This document shows positions 41,000-51,498 of a DNA stretch of 64,000 nucleotides, piece after piece; positions within the stretch are counted from its first letter, which is position 1; every line of letters starts with the position of its first letter. A program made the position numbers and the translations under genes. Under the pieces are notes generated by a model, which did not search any database, had not been told where the DNA came from, and saw only the letters and a program-made list of their open reading frames with translations. The stretch lies in NCBI GenBank assembly GCA_035308025.1, contig DATGHL010000004.1:2678-66677 (forward strand). The letters run 5' to 3'. This DNA comes from Candidatus Binataceae bacterium. Lineage in GTDB: Bacteria; Desulfobacterota; Binatia; Binatales; Binataceae.

Positions 41000-41860
41000 C
41001 TAATTCTGCGCGCAAAAAAGAATCGTCTCGTTCGAGGTGCGCAGTTTGCCGTCGGGCTGGACGAAGGCGCGAGCGGCGTTGGTCACTGCCGCGATAATCT
41101 GGTCGCGCAACGCCGGCGTTTGCCGTTCGAGCAGGGCGCGAAACGGCGCCGCGACGTCGCTGCGGAACTGCGCGAGCGCTTCGGGCGCGGCGAACTCGAA
41201 AACTACCTGCAGGCGTTTCACTTGCACGTCTTTGAAGCCCGCCGCCGCAAGCGCGTGAGTGAGAATCGACGGGTCGGCAAGCCGCAGCGGTTCGAGCGCG
41301 TCGAACGGCGGCGAGGGCAGGCCCGCGAGCTTGCGCACTTGATCGGTGCCCAGCGTGATCATCGGGACCTTGTCGCGCGTCGACCAGACCGCGGTCGCGA
41401 GGCGGGTGCCGGGTTTCATCCGGCTGCGGATACCGGTCAAGGCGCGATCGATGTCGGGCATGAACATAAAGCCCCAGCGGCAGACCACGGCGTCGAAGTC
41501 GCGCTCGCTGAGCGCGAGCGCTTCGGCGTCGCTTTCCTTGAACTCAAGGTTGTTGAGGCCAAGGGCCGCGGCGCGCTCCCGCGCGATCGCGAGCATTCCG
41601 GCGGATTGATCGGTGGCGATCACGCGGCCCGTCGCGCCGACCCGTCGCGCCGCGGTCACCGCCGGCTCACCGGTGCCGGTGGCGATATCGAGCACGCGGG
41701 CGCCGGGCCTCACGCCCGCCAGTTCGACGAGGCGGTCGCTGACGTGCTGTGCCGCCTGCTCGAAGATCGGCCACCATTTTTTCCAGCCTGCGGCGGCGGC
41801 GTCCCAATCGCGTTTCTGCTCGCTCTTCAAGCGTGTAAAATCAGCGTTCTGATCAGTCAT
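41000..41860 (-). CDS. class I SAM-dependent methyltransferase
   Basis: 'ARVLDIATGTGEPAV' motif I. About 286 aa. Confidence 0.7.
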   Translation of the reverse strand: MTDQNADFTRLKSEQKRDWDAAAAGWKKWWPIFEQAAQHVSDRLVELAGVRPGARVLDIATGTGEPAVTAARRVGATGRVIATDQSAGMLAIARERAAALGLNNLEFKESDAEALALSERDFDAVVCRWGFMFMPDIDRALTGIRSRMKPGTRLATAVWSTRDKVPMITLGTDQVRKLAGLPSPPFDALEPLRLADPSILTHALAAAGFKDVQVKRLQVVFEFAAPEALAQFRSDVAAPFRALLERQTPALRDQIIAAVTNAARAFVQPDGKLRTSNETILFCAQN

Positions 41861-42075
41861 TTTCCAATACTCCGTCGCGGCAATGCGCCTTACGTTTCGG
41901 CAACCTCAGAATGACGTGAACGGGCAGAACATGACAATCGCAATTTTGCGGCGGGAATGTCTGCGCAGAAACCGGTGCCGGCTTCGCTGGCGCGAAGCTG
42001 TCCGAAGTCCTTTCGACTGCGTTCGCGCTGCTCACTGCGCTCAGGATGACAAAAAGAGAGGGCGTTCGTGCACGG

Positions 42076-43491
42076 TTATTCGCGCGACACGACGCTACGT
42101 AGCACGACGAGGCCGCGGAGATGCGCGAGCAGATGCGGATAGCGGGGCGCGAGGTCGGCGGCGTGCGCGGCGGCGTAGGTGTCGCCGACGATCACTACCG
42201 CAGGCGGCGGCTGCGAATCGAGCGGCGCCACCGCGGGCGCTGATTGCATGTTGCGCAGATAGTAGCGCACCACATTGGCTGCGTAGCGCGGCGCGACGCC
42301 AATCGCGCCGTTAGCGGTCAAACCTGTGGCAGCGACCGCGGTCGCTTCGGCCCATTGGTCGCCGTGCGCCTTCGCGTACCAATCCGCATCGTGGGCGAGC
42401 GCAACCGCGACGACTAGCGCCAAGGCGCCCGGGCGGAAGGCCGGCGGGCGAAGTTCCAGCAGCCCGATTGTGGCCAGGATGAAAAACGGCGCGAAGCTGG
42501 CAAGGAGGTAGCGCTCGACGAAGGCGGGGCGGATCGCGAAGGAGACGATGGTCAGGATGAGCGGCGGCGCGAAAGTCCAAAGCAGCAGATAGCTTATGGC
42601 CTCGCGACGCCAAGCCCATCCGCGGGCGACACCGGTGACAACGAGAATCGCGAGCAGCGGGAAACCATATGTGCCCGTGGCTTTATTGAACAGCGCGATC
42701 GGCGCGCCAATCGAAGGACGCGAAATCCAATCCCAGGTCGCGGCGTCGGGGGCGCCACCGCGCGCGTGCAGATAGAGAATCAGAGGCGGCGTGAGCAGCA
42801 GCAACCCGCCGACTAGCGCGGCGACGCAACGAGCAACGCGGGCGGCGGCGCGTTGCCGCGACCTGACCAGCACGAGCGTCACGTAGAGCCCCTCCGGGAT
42901 GAGCACCAGGATCGCGCTGAAAGTGGCGCTGATCGCGAGCGCGGTCAGCGCGGCGGTCGCCGCATAGTCAGTTGCTCTGGAGCGACGGAGCGCACGCAAG
43001 AAACTGCCGACTTGTCCGAGGGTGAGCGCCAGCGCGAGCGGATACATGCGCGCCTCACGCGAATACTTGATCGTGACGAGATTGACGGCGAAGAGCAGCG
43101 CGGCAATCGCCGCGAGCAACTTGTCATCCGCGATGTCGTGCGCCGGCGCTGGGGCCGTTTGCGGAGCGTCGCGGAACGACGACAGTGCGAGAATCTCGCG
43201 CGTGACGAAGAAGACCATCACGATCGCGAGCGTGCCGGCCACGGCCGACAGCGAGCGCATCGCGATGAGACTGTCGCCGGCGGCAGCGATCCACAGATGC
43301 AGTGCTACGTCGTGCAACCCGAGCTCGCCGGGATTGAGCCGCGCCTGGGCGCGCACCACCTGGAACATCGATGGGGCGGTCGCTGCTGCCCACGAGGCTC
43401 CCTCGTCGGCCGAGAGTTCCAACGTGTCCAGATTGACGAAGCGTAGATAGCCGCCGAGCAGGATCGCGAGGGCCAAAGTCGCCAGTGGCAA
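42076..43491 (-). CDS. polytopic membrane protein, GT-C-like glycosyltransferase (PMT/ArnT-related)
   Basis: First loop 'LDTLELSADEGASW' (DE motif), then about 10 TM helices. Confidence 0.4.
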   Translation of the reverse strand: MPLATLALAILLGGYLRFVNLDTLELSADEGASWAAATAPSMFQVVRAQARLNPGELGLHDVALHLWIAAAGDSLIAMRSLSAVAGTLAIVMVFFVTREILALSSFRDAPQTAPAPAHDIADDKLLAAIAALLFAVNLVTIKYSREARMYPLALALTLGQVGSFLRALRRSRATDYAATAALTALAISATFSAILVLIPEGLYVTLVLVRSRQRAAARVARCVAALVGGLLLLTPPLILYLHARGGAPDAATWDWISRPSIGAPIALFNKATGTYGFPLLAILVVTGVARGWAWRREAISYLLLWTFAPPLILTIVSFAIRPAFVERYLLASFAPFFILATIGLLELRPPAFRPGALALVVAVALAHDADWYAKAHGDQWAEATAVAATGLTANGAIGVAPRYAANVVRYYLRNMQSAPAVAPLDSQPPPAVVIVGDTYAAAHAADLAPRYPHLLAHLRGLVVLRSVVSRE

Positions 43492-43539
43492 CCAGCGGGG
43501 GAAATTCGTGGCTTCGGGGTCGGCGGCGGCGATGGCGGG

Positions 43540-43809
43540 TCAGAGACCTTTTTTCAGCTTCGGCGCAGGCCGAAAGCCGATAGTGCGCGATGCGGGAATC
43601 GTCATCATCGCTTTTTTGCGCGGATTATAGCCGCGGCGCGCCTTGCGCCGGCGCACCGTGAAGGTGCCGAAGTCCGGGATCGAGAAGCGCTTGTCGCGGC
43701 GGATCGCCCGCGCGATCTGTTCAAACGTGAGTTCGATTGCGCTCGCGGCTGACGGGCGCGACAGGTGCGCCGAGCGCGCCACCAAATCGATCAATTCCGC
43801 CTTCGTCAC
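43540..43809 (-). CDS. HU/IHF-family nucleoid-associated DNA-binding protein
   Basis: 'MTKAELIDLVA...FTVRRRKARRGYNPRKK' is the HU-fold signature (GFG/RNP arm). Confidence 0.8.
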   Translation of the reverse strand: MTKAELIDLVARSAHLSRPSAASAIELTFEQIARAIRRDKRFSIPDFGTFTVRRRKARRGYNPRKKAMMTIPASRTIGFRPAPKLKKGL

Positions 43810-43811
43810 GG

Positions 43812-44747
43812 CTACTGCTCAGCCGCAGCCGTCGATGGAGTTTCGAGCTCGCGCCAGATCAAACCCCAGCGCACGCCCTGATCGCTAACAATTACCTGAT
43901 CGAGTTTGAAGTGCGCCATCACGCGCTCGAGAATCGCGGCGCCCGCCAGGATGACGTCCGCGCGCCCGGCTTCCACTCCGGGGATTTGCTTGCGCTGTTC
44001 GAGCGGCACGGCCAACTTTCCGAGCACGTGCAGAACGTCGGCGTGCGCGAGCCGATAGCCGTGCACGCGGTCGGGATCATAGCGCTCGAGACCGAGCGCC
44101 ACCGCGCAGACCGTCGTTACCGTGCCGGCGATTCCGACCATCAGATCGGGCTGATAGTTCCAGTGAATGGCGGCGAGCGCCTGATCGATGGTGACGCGCA
44201 GTTCGGCGGCCTCGCGCGCGCCCGGCGGGTCGGCATGGACCAGCCGCTCGGTCAGCCGCACCGAACCGATCTGCAGACTGACGAGATCAATCGCGCCGCC
44301 GGGCTGCGCGCGAATCAGCTCGGTTGAGCCGCCGCCGATATCAACGATCAGGAGCTTGCTCGACGGATCGAGATCCAGCCCCTTGATGCTCGAGAGCCAG
44401 GCAAGCTGCGCCTCGGTCTCGCCCGAGATGACCTCGAGGTCGAGCCCGCTGCGAGCTTTGACGCGGCTCAGGAAATCGGCGCAGTCGGCGGCGTCACGCA
44501 AGGCGGCGGTGGCGGCCGTCAGGATTTTTTCGGCTCCGAGCGCGCGCGCCTGATCGGTAAATTCCCCGATCGCATCGAGCGTCTTCAGCGCCGAGACCGG
44601 ATCCAGATGCCCGGTCGCGTCGACGCCGCGGCCGAGCCGCGTGATGCGCGACCAGTCCGCGAGTCGCCGCACGTGCCCGTCGGCACCGCGCTCGACCACC
44701 AGCATCAGGACGCTATTGGTGCCGACGTCGAGCGCCGCCAGTTTCAT
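43812..44747 (-). CDS. ppx: exopolyphosphatase / guanosine pentaphosphate phosphohydrolase (Ppx/GppA family)
   Basis: 'MKLAALDVGTNSVLMLVVE' ASKHA N-terminus. Start moved to the internal Met with a GGAGG upstream (rc ATG at 44745-44747). Confidence 0.75.
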   Translation of the reverse strand: MKLAALDVGTNSVLMLVVERGADGHVRRLADWSRITRLGRGVDATGHLDPVSALKTLDAIGEFTDQARALGAEKILTAATAALRDAADCADFLSRVKARSGLDLEVISGETEAQLAWLSSIKGLDLDPSSKLLIVDIGGGSTELIRAQPGGAIDLVSLQIGSVRLTERLVHADPPGAREAAELRVTIDQALAAIHWNYQPDLMVGIAGTVTTVCAVALGLERYDPDRVHGYRLAHADVLHVLGKLAVPLEQRKQIPGVEAGRADVILAGAAILERVMAHFKLDQVIVSDQGVRWGLIWRELETPSTAAAEQ

Positions 44748-46105
44748 TGAATTGCCTCCTCGACGTTCGGCAGCGGTAGGCGCGCTTGCGCGGGAGAATC
44801 CGGAGCCGCGGCGGCGCGCCATTCGTCAAAGGCGGCAAGCGCGCGCAAGCCGAGATCGATTTTCTTCTGACGTCCGCGTCCGCGCAGTTCGGGCATCAGG
44901 CCGTAGTTGGCGTTCATCGGCTGAAAATCCCGCCGCTCAGGATCGGTGATGTATGCGATCAGCGAGCCTATCGCGGTCATGCGCGGCGGGACGACAAGGG
45001 GCGCATCCGCGAGCAGGTGCGCAGCGTTGATCGCGGCCAGCAGGCCCATCGCGGCGGACTCGACGTAGCCCTCGACTCCGACCATCTGGCCCGCCATGAA
45101 AAGATCATCGCGCGCGCGCAACTGGAGGGTTGGACGCAGAATCCGCGGCGAATCGATAAAGGTGTTGCGATGCAGCGAGCCGAGCCGCACGAACTCGGCG
45201 GCGGCGAGCCCCGGGATCATGCGGAAGACCCGCCGCTGCTCGGGATAGGTCATCTTGGTCTGGAACCCGACCATATTGTAGAGGCGGCCTTCACGATCGT
45301 CCTGGCGGAGCTGCACGACCGCAAACGGCCGACGCCCGCTGCGCGGATCGGCGAGTCCGACCGGGCGCATCGGTCCGAAGCTGAGCGTGCGCGGACCGCG
45401 CCGCGCCAGCTCCTCGATCGGCATGCAGCCCTCGAAATAGACCGGCCGCTCGAAATCGTGCAGCGCCATCTTGTCGGCCGCCAGCAGCGCGCCGACGAAG
45501 GCGTCGTATTGCGTCTCGTCCATCGGGCAGTTGACGTAATCGTCGCCGCCCTTGCCGTAGCGCGAGGCCTTGAAGGCGATATTAAGATCGATCGAATCGG
45601 CGGTGACGATGGGCGCGATCGCGTCGTAGAAGTAGAGATTGCGCGCGCCGATAAGACCGTCGAGCTGAGCGCCGAAGGCGGCGCTGGTGAGAGGCCCGGT
45701 CGCGACGATCGTCGGACCGTCAGGAATTGCGAGCGTCTCCGTGCGCACGACCTCGACCAGCGGATGACGTTCGAGCGTCGCAGTGAGAAAGCCGGCGAAG
45801 GTGTCGCGATCTACCGCGAGGGCGGAGCCGGCCGGTACGCGCGCGCGGTCGGCCGCGTCAATCACGAGCGAACCCAGCCGCCGCATCTCTTCCTTGAGCA
45901 CGCCGACCGCGGTCTCGAGCGAGTCGTTGCGCAACGAGTTCGAGCATACGAGCTCGCCGAACAGCACCGTCTGATGCGCCTCCGTCATCCGCGCAGGGCG
46001 CATCTCGAAGAGCCGCACGCGGATTCCTCGGCGGACGAGCTGCCACGCGGCCTCGCTACCGGCGAGTCCGGCGCCGATCACGCTGACAATCTGAACTGGT
46101 TTCAC
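44744..46105 (-). CDS. trmFO: methylenetetrahydrofolate--tRNA-(uracil-5)-methyltransferase TrmFO
   Basis: 'VSVIGAGLAGSEAAWQL' FAD-binding N-terminus and TrmFO/Gid-type core. GTG start at 46103-46105. The longer ORF (to 46552) is an upstream GC-rich read-through. Confidence 0.8.
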   Translation of the reverse strand: MKPVQIVSVIGAGLAGSEAAWQLVRRGIRVRLFEMRPARMTEAHQTVLFGELVCSNSLRNDSLETAVGVLKEEMRRLGSLVIDAADRARVPAGSALAVDRDTFAGFLTATLERHPLVEVVRTETLAIPDGPTIVATGPLTSAAFGAQLDGLIGARNLYFYDAIAPIVTADSIDLNIAFKASRYGKGGDDYVNCPMDETQYDAFVGALLAADKMALHDFERPVYFEGCMPIEELARRGPRTLSFGPMRPVGLADPRSGRRPFAVVQLRQDDREGRLYNMVGFQTKMTYPEQRRVFRMIPGLAAAEFVRLGSLHRNTFIDSPRILRPTLQLRARDDLFMAGQMVGVEGYVESAAMGLLAAINAAHLLADAPLVVPPRMTAIGSLIAYITDPERRDFQPMNANYGLMPELRGRGRQKKIDLGLRALAAFDEWRAAAAPDSPAQARLPLPNVEEAIQ

Positions 46106-46246
46106 GGGGATAGATCGTGCCGCGTTGGCCTCGCGGTGTAAACCCGCAGAAAAAATCTTCGCGGCAAGTTTTGGCGAGCTGTCGATCCGCCGAGGTTCTG
46201 TTCGACTAGAGGACGAAAACCCAAAACCGCCAAGGAGGCGACGACG

Positions 46247-46594
46247 ATGCAATATATGCTGCTGATCTACCACAACGAAAAGAACCGGATGAGCCCGCCC
46301 GACGAATCCAAGCTGCTGAATGAATACATGGTATTCACGCAGGACATCGTGAAGAATGGCAAATTCAAGGCGGGCGACCGGCTCGAACCCACCAGCAACG
46401 CGACGACGGTGCAGGTGCGCAACGGCAAGACTGTGACCACCGATGGCCCCTTTGCCGAGACCAAGGAACAACTCGGCGGCTACTACCTGGTCGAGGCGAA
46501 GGACCTCGATGAGGCGCTCGCGATCGCCGCGCGCATCCCGGGCGCGAAGCACGGCTCGATCGAAGTGCGCCCAATCATGCAGATGAATCGTTAG
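46247..46594 (+). CDS. YciI-family (YCII-related) protein
   Basis: 115 aa. 'TDGPFAETKEQLGGYYLVEAKDLDEA' is the DGPF/YciI motif region. Confidence 0.7.
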   Translation: MQYMLLIYHNEKNRMSPPDESKLLNEYMVFTQDIVKNGKFKAGDRLEPTSNATTVQVRNGKTVTTDGPFAETKEQLGGYYLVEAKDLDEALAIAARIPGAKHGSIEVRPIMQMNR

Positions 46595-46607
46595 GCAAGC
46601 CGCGACG

Positions 46608-46680
46608 ACACGCTAGCGGAGCGCTCCGGCGCGGAGCGAGCAGGCGAGTCTGCGAGCTGCGTCAAGGATTCTAGAATGGC
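46608..46680 (-). repeat. dispersed REP/MITE-like repeat, copy F (inverted)
   Basis: 'gctagcggagcgctccggcgcggagcgagcaggcgagtctgcgagctgcgtcaaggattctag' is the reverse complement of the consensus. Lies between YciI and the sigma factor. Confidence 0.65.
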
Positions 46681-46713
46681 GGCGATGCGATGCGTTAGGA
46701 TCGTATCGCCGCC

Positions 46714-47955
46714 ATGACTTCCGACGTACTGGAACAGCTTTATCGCGATGAGTTTGGCCGCATCGTCGCGTCGCTCATTCATTTGATCGGCGACTTCGAT
46801 CTCGCCGAGGATGCGGCGCAGGAGGCCTTCACCACGGCCGTTGAGCAGTGGCGGCGCGAGGGCGTACCGCAAAATCCGCGCGCCTGGATCGTCGGCACGG
46901 CGCGACATAAAGCGATCGACCGGATTCGGCGTCAGGTGCGTTTCGGTGAACGTCGCGCGGAGCTAATCCGGATGCTTGAGCAGGAGAGCGCAGAGGCCGA
47001 AGGTTCGCCGGCAAAAGGCGCGCCCGCCGACGAGCGCTTGCGGCTCATCTTCACCTGCTGCCATCCGGCATTGGCGAGTGAGGCGCAGGTCGCGCTGGCG
47101 CTGCGCACGCTCTGCGGCCTCACCACCGAGGAGATCGCGCGCGCTTTCCTGGTTCCGGCCGCGACAATGGCGCAGCGGCTGGTGCGCGCCAAGCGCAAGA
47201 TTCAAGCGGCGCGGATTCCTTATGAGGTCCCGAGTGCGGCGCTTTTGCCGGAGCGGCTCGACGCCGTGCTCGCGGTCATCTACCTGGTCTTCAATGAGGG
47301 CTACGCGGCGACGCATGGTGACACGGTCGTGCGCGCGGATCTGTGCAGCGAAGCAATCCGCCTGGGACGCGTCGTGAGCGATTTGATGCCCGAGCGGAGT
47401 GAGGCGCGCGGCTTGCTCGCGCTGATGCTGATCCAGGACTCGCGGCGGTCGGCGCGGCTCAATTCTGACGGCGAAATCGTACTGCTCGAGGAGCAGGATC
47501 GCACGCGCTGGCATAGCGAGCAGATTCGCGAAGGGTTGGCGCTCGTGCAGGCCGCGATGGCCGACGCGCCGGCCGGGCCCTACACGATCCAGGCCGCGAT
47601 CGCGTCGGTACATGCGCGGGCGGTGCGCGCCGCCGACACGAACTGGCGGGAAATCGAAGCGCTGTACGCTCATCTGATGCGGTTACGACCGTCGCCGGTG
47701 ATCGAACTCAATCACGCAGTGGCCGTTGCGATGGCGTCAGGACCGGCCGATGGCCTGCGCATGATCGAAGCGCTGCGGGCGCGGGAAGATCTCGAGACGT
47801 ACCATCTGATGTGGGCGGCGCACGCGGACCTCCTCAGGCGCCTCGGGCGTCGGGCGGAGGCGGCGGAATCGTACCGTCGCGCGCTGGCGCTGGTCAGCGC
47901 CGGACCCGAACGGCGCTTCCTCGCGCGTCGCTTGGCGGCAGTCGAGAGCCAATAG
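46714..47955 (+). CDS. ECF-type sigma-70 family factor with long C-terminal extension
   Basis: Sigma2 region '[18 protein letters not shown]', then sigma4 '[35 protein letters not shown]'. The C-terminal extension is about 200 aa. Confidence 0.75.
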   Translation: MTSDVLEQLYRDEFGRIVASLIHLIGDFDLAEDAAQEAFTTAVEQWRREGVPQNPRAWIVGTARHKAIDRIRRQVRFGERRAELIRMLEQESAEAEGSPAKGAPADERLRLIFTCCHPALASEAQVALALRTLCGLTTEEIARAFLVPAATMAQRLVRAKRKIQAARIPYEVPSAALLPERLDAVLAVIYLVFNEGYAATHGDTVVRADLCSEAIRLGRVVSDLMPERSEARGLLALMLIQDSRRSARLNSDGEIVLLEEQDRTRWHSEQIREGLALVQAAMADAPAGPYTIQAAIASVHARAVRAADTNWREIEALYAHLMRLRPSPVIELNHAVAVAMASGPADGLRMIEALRAREDLETYHLMWAAHADLLRRLGRRAEAAESYRRALALVSAGPERRFLARRLAAVESQ

Positions 47956-47981
47956 CTTCCAACGAACGAATGTTAAATTAT

Positions 47982-48066
47982 GCCGCGCGTCGCGGACTCG
48001 GATTCCGACGCAGCTCGCAGACTCGCCTGCTCGTTCCGGCGCGCAGCGCGCCTCCACTAGTGAATT
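47982..48066 (+). repeat. dispersed REP/MITE-like repeat, copy G
   Basis: 'ccgacgcagctcgcagactcgcctgctcgttccggcgcgcagcgcgcctccactagtgaat', preceded by 'gcgcgtcgcggactcg' as in copy A. Confidence 0.65.
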
Positions 48067-48083
48067 TCGATAAGATTGTCCTT

Positions 48084-50444
48084 ATGGCAAGTTCGGTCGG
48101 TAATGAAACGATCGCGGCGCCGGTAATCCCAGAGGCGCGCGTCAAAGACCCGGTCTGCGGGATGACGGTTAATCCGGCGACGGCGAAGTGGCGTCACGAT
48201 CGAGAAGGTGCAACTTACTATTTCTGCGGCGTCGGGTGCATGAACAAGTTCATCGCCGACCCGCTGAAATATACCGGCGCGCAATCAGCTTCGTCAGCCC
48301 ACGATCATGCGCAAACGCCGGTTGCCGGAGTCGGCGCCGAGTACTTCTGCCCGATGGATCCGGAGGTCGTGAGCGATCGCCCGGGCACCTGCCCCAAGTG
48401 CGGGATGGCGTTGCAGGCGCGCGTCAGCCTCGATGCCGAGCCGCCGCCCGATCCCGAGCTAATCGACTTCACGCGGCGCTTCTGGGTCAACGCGGTGCTG
48501 GCGAGCGTGATCGTCGCGCTCGGGATGGCGGATCTGGTTCCTGGGATGCCGCTCCATCGCGCGTTTGGCGCCGGCCTGCTCAACTGGATCGAATTCGCGC
48601 TCGCGACGCCGGTGGTGCTGTGGGGCGGAGCGCCGTTTTTCGTTCGCGGCGCGCGCTCGATCGCGAATCGCCACCTCAATATGTTCACGCTGATTGCGCT
48701 CGGCATTGGAGTTGCCTACGGCGCGAGCGTGGCCGCGACGATCGCGCCGGCGGCGTTTCCCGCGGGATGGAATGGGTCGATGGCCGGCGCGCCAGTCTAT
48801 TACGAAGCGGCTGCCGCGATCGTCGCGCTGGTGTTGCTGGGCCAGGTGCTCGAACTGCGCGCGCGCGGGCGCACCGGCGGCTTGATCCGCGGCTTGCTGG
48901 GCATCGCGCCGAAGACCGCCCGCGTCGTGCGGCCCGACGGGCGCGAAGAAGATCTCGCGTTGGCACAAGTCGCGGTTGACGACCTGATTCGGGTGCGGCC
49001 AGGCGAAAAGGTTCCGGTCGATGGCTTGGTCGTCGAGGGCCGGAGCGCGCTGGACGAATCGATGATCACCGGCGAGCCGCTGCCGGTCGAGAAGGCACAG
49101 GGCGATCATGTGATTGGCGGGACGCTCAATGGCGCGGGCGGCTTTCTGATGCGCGCCGAACGCGTTGGCCGCGACACGATGCTCGCGCAGATCGTGCGGA
49201 CGGTCGCCGAAGCGCAAAGTAGCCGCGCGCCGATCCAGCGAATCGCCGACACGGTCTCCGGCTATTTTGTCCCCGCCGTCGTCGCCGCCGCCGCAGTGAC
49301 TTTTTGCGTCTGGGCTCTGCTCGGTCCGGCGCCGCGTTTCCCGCACGCGATCCTCGCCGCAGTTGCGGTGCTGATTATTGCCTGCCCCTGCGCGCTCGGC
49401 CTGGCGACTCCGATGGCGGTAATGGTCGCGAGCGGGCGCGGCGCATCTGCAGGCGTGCTGGTGCGCAACGCCGAAGCGCTCGAACGACTCGCGACAGTTG
49501 ACACGCTGGCGCTCGACAAGACCGGGACGCTGACGATGGGTCGGCCGGCGGTGGTCACGGTCGAGGCCGCCGACGGCGTCAGCGTCGACGAAATGCTCCG
49601 GCTGGCGGCGAGTCTCGAGCGTTCGAGCGAGCATCCGCTGGCGGCCGCGGTGACGGCGGCCGCCGCGACTCGCGGTCTGATGCTGAGTCCCGCCAGCGAT
49701 TTCGCCGCGACACCGGGGCAGGGCGCGCGCGGTGTCGTTGAGGGACATGTGATCGCGGTCGGCAGCGAGCGCTTCCTCGGCGCCGAGGTCGTTGCCGGAT
49801 TTGCCGAGCGCGCCGCCGCGCTGCGCGCGCGCGAAACGGTTATCTTTGTCGCGATCGATGGAAAGATCGCCGGCCTGCTCGGGTTGGCAGACCCGATCAA
49901 ACCAGCAACGCCGCAGGCGCTGCGCGCGCTGCACGACGCCGGCATCCGCGTCGTGATGATCACCGGCGACAACCGCGTCACCGCCGCGGCCGTTGCACGC
50001 GAACTCGCGATCGACGAAGTTCACGCCGAAGTCGCGCCGGTGGACAAGGCGCGCGTGATACGCGAACTGCGCGCGGCGGGAAGAATCGTCGCGATGGCCG
50101 GCGACGGCATCAACGACGCGCCGGCGTTGGTGACGGCCACGGTGGGAATCGCGATGGGTACCGGCACCGACCTCGCAATGCAGAGCGCGGGGATCACGCT
50201 GGTCAAAGGTGATCTGATGGGGATCGTGCGCGCGCGCGACTTGAGCCGGGCGTTCATCCGCAACGTCCGGCAAAATCTCTTCTTTGCCTTCGCCTACAAT
50301 GCGCTGGGAATTCCAGTCGCGGCCGGCGTGCTCTACCCGGCCTTCGGACTGCTGCTCAGCCCGATGATCGCCAGCGCCGCGATGAGCGCGAGCTCCGTCT
50401 CGGTGATCGCGAATGCCCTAAGGCTGCGTCGCGTCGCGCTGTGA
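48084..50444 (+). CDS. copA: copper/silver-translocating P1B-type ATPase with N-terminal YHS and zinc-ribbon-like metal-binding domains
   Basis: YHS '[35 protein letters not shown]', second domain '[24 protein letters not shown]', TM CPC motif '[11 protein letters not shown]', 'DKTGTLT', 'GDGINDAP'. Start at the internal Met (ATG 48084). Confidence 0.85.
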   Translation: MASSVGNETIAAPVIPEARVKDPVCGMTVNPATAKWRHDREGATYYFCGVGCMNKFIADPLKYTGAQSASSAHDHAQTPVAGVGAEYFCPMDPEVVSDRPGTCPKCGMALQARVSLDAEPPPDPELIDFTRRFWVNAVLASVIVALGMADLVPGMPLHRAFGAGLLNWIEFALATPVVLWGGAPFFVRGARSIANRHLNMFTLIALGIGVAYGASVAATIAPAAFPAGWNGSMAGAPVYYEAAAAIVALVLLGQVLELRARGRTGGLIRGLLGIAPKTARVVRPDGREEDLALAQVAVDDLIRVRPGEKVPVDGLVVEGRSALDESMITGEPLPVEKAQGDHVIGGTLNGAGGFLMRAERVGRDTMLAQIVRTVAEAQSSRAPIQRIADTVSGYFVPAVVAAAAVTFCVWALLGPAPRFPHAILAAVAVLIIACPCALGLATPMAVMVASGRGASAGVLVRNAEALERLATVDTLALDKTGTLTMGRPAVVTVEAADGVSVDEMLRLAASLERSSEHPLAAAVTAAAATRGLMLSPASDFAATPGQGARGVVEGHVIAVGSERFLGAEVVAGFAERAAALRARETVIFVAIDGKIAGLLGLADPIKPATPQALRALHDAGIRVVMITGDNRVTAAAVARELAIDEVHAEVAPVDKARVIRELRAAGRIVAMAGDGINDAPALVTATVGIAMGTGTDLAMQSAGITLVKGDLMGIVRARDLSRAFIRNVRQNLFFAFAYNALGIPVAAGVLYPAFGLLLSPMIASAAMSASSVSVIANALRLRRVAL

Positions 50445-50470
50445 TCGTACCGTAAGCTGCGCGCAACGCA

Positions 50471-50535
50471 GATTCTTGACGCAGCTGCGGACTCGCCTGC
50501 TCGCTACGCGCGGAGGCCGCGCTCCGCTAGTGTGT
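50471..50535 (+). repeat. dispersed REP/MITE-like repeat, copy H
   Basis: 'gattcttgacgcagctgcggactcgcctgctcgctacgcgcggaggccgcgctccgctagtgtg'. Confidence 0.65.
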
Positions 50536-50589
50536 TTGACCCCGGCGGCGATCGCAGCCTAGCGTTTCAGGCGGTGAGACGGTGAGACA

Positions 50590-51498
50590 ATGAATGGAGT
50601 GCATGACCTGGGCGGCATGCATGGTTTCGGGCCGGTGATTGCCGAGCCGAACGAACCGGTCTTTCATGCCGACTGGGAACGCCGAACCTTCGCGCTGGCG
50701 CTCGCGACGATGGGTGGCGGACACGCCAACGTCGACGAGTTCCGGCGCGTGATAGAGCGGATGGAGCCGGCGCATTATCTCGCCTCATCCTACTACGAGC
50801 ATTGGCTCCATGCGCTCGAATCAATACTGACGGAGAAGGGGGTGCTGCGCGACGGCGAGATCGATGCTGCGATCAACGACCGCAGACTTGAGTCCGTCGG
50901 CGGCTCCGGCAGGGTCGCCGCGAGTGGTGATAGTGACACGGCCCTGTGGTCGAACCCGGACGCCGGCGCCGTGCGGCCGAGTGCCGCAGTGGCGCTCCGG
51001 CATGATCCAAAATTCAAAGCGCGCTTCAAACCGGGTGACCGGGTCATCGTGCGCAACTTGAATCCTGAGGGGCATACGCGCGCGCCGCGTTACACGCGCG
51101 GCCGTCGCGGCGTCGTTCACCGCGATTGGGGGAGCTTCATCTTTCCCGACGCGCACGCGCTGGGTATTCGCGTTAAGCCCCAGCATTGCTATGCGATCCA
51201 ATTCGCGGCGCGCGAGCTCTGGGGCCCAAGCTATCCCGCCGGGCAGCGGGTATACGTCGATCTCTGGGAGGCTTATATCGACTTCGACGCTGCCGCCAAA
51301 AGTGGGCTCAAGCGCGCGGCAAAGGCTGCGAACGAGATCAGTGCGGCGAAGCCGAAGCTCCGTGCTTTACGCACTCGGGCTGCCACAGCGCCAGCGAAAA
51401 TCAGTAAAAAGATCGAAACAGCCCAGCCGCCAGCGCCGCGACGCGGCTCGTCGCGCGCGCGCTTGCAGCCGGCCGGGAAGGGAAAGAAGCGGCGATGA
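50590..51498 (+). CDS. nthB: nitrile hydratase beta subunit with about 65-aa Lys/Ala-rich C-terminal tail
   Basis: '[16 protein letters not shown]...[19 protein letters not shown]' is a canonical NHase beta N-terminus. The tail is '[40 protein letters not shown]...GKGKKRR'. Confidence 0.8.
   Translation: MNGVHDLGGMHGFGPVIAEPNEPVFHADWERRTFALALATMGGGHANVDEFRRVIERMEPAHYLASSYYEHWLHALESILTEKGVLRDGEIDAAINDRRLESVGGSGRVAASGDSDTALWSNPDAGAVRPSAAVALRHDPKFKARFKPGDRVIVRNLNPEGHTRAPRYTRGRRGVVHRDWGSFIFPDAHALGIRVKPQHCYAIQFAARELWGPSYPAGQRVYVDLWEAYIDFDAAAKSGLKRAAKAANEISAAKPKLRALRTRAATAPAKISKKIETAQPPAPRRGSSRARLQPAGKGKKRR

Noticed and set aside
40775-41914. 379-aa plus-strand ORF antisense to the methyltransferase
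   Set aside because: Antisense shadow ORF. The minus-strand frame carries the SAM-binding motif I.
44786-46141. 451-aa plus-strand ORF antisense to trmFO
   Set aside because: No motifs. The Arg/Gly/Asp-rich composition is typical of an antisense frame in high-GC DNA. The minus strand encodes a convincing TrmFO.
48459-50273. 604-aa minus-strand ORF antisense to the Cu-ATPase gene
   Set aside because: Arg-rich low-complexity translation. The plus-strand frame has all the P-type ATPase motifs.
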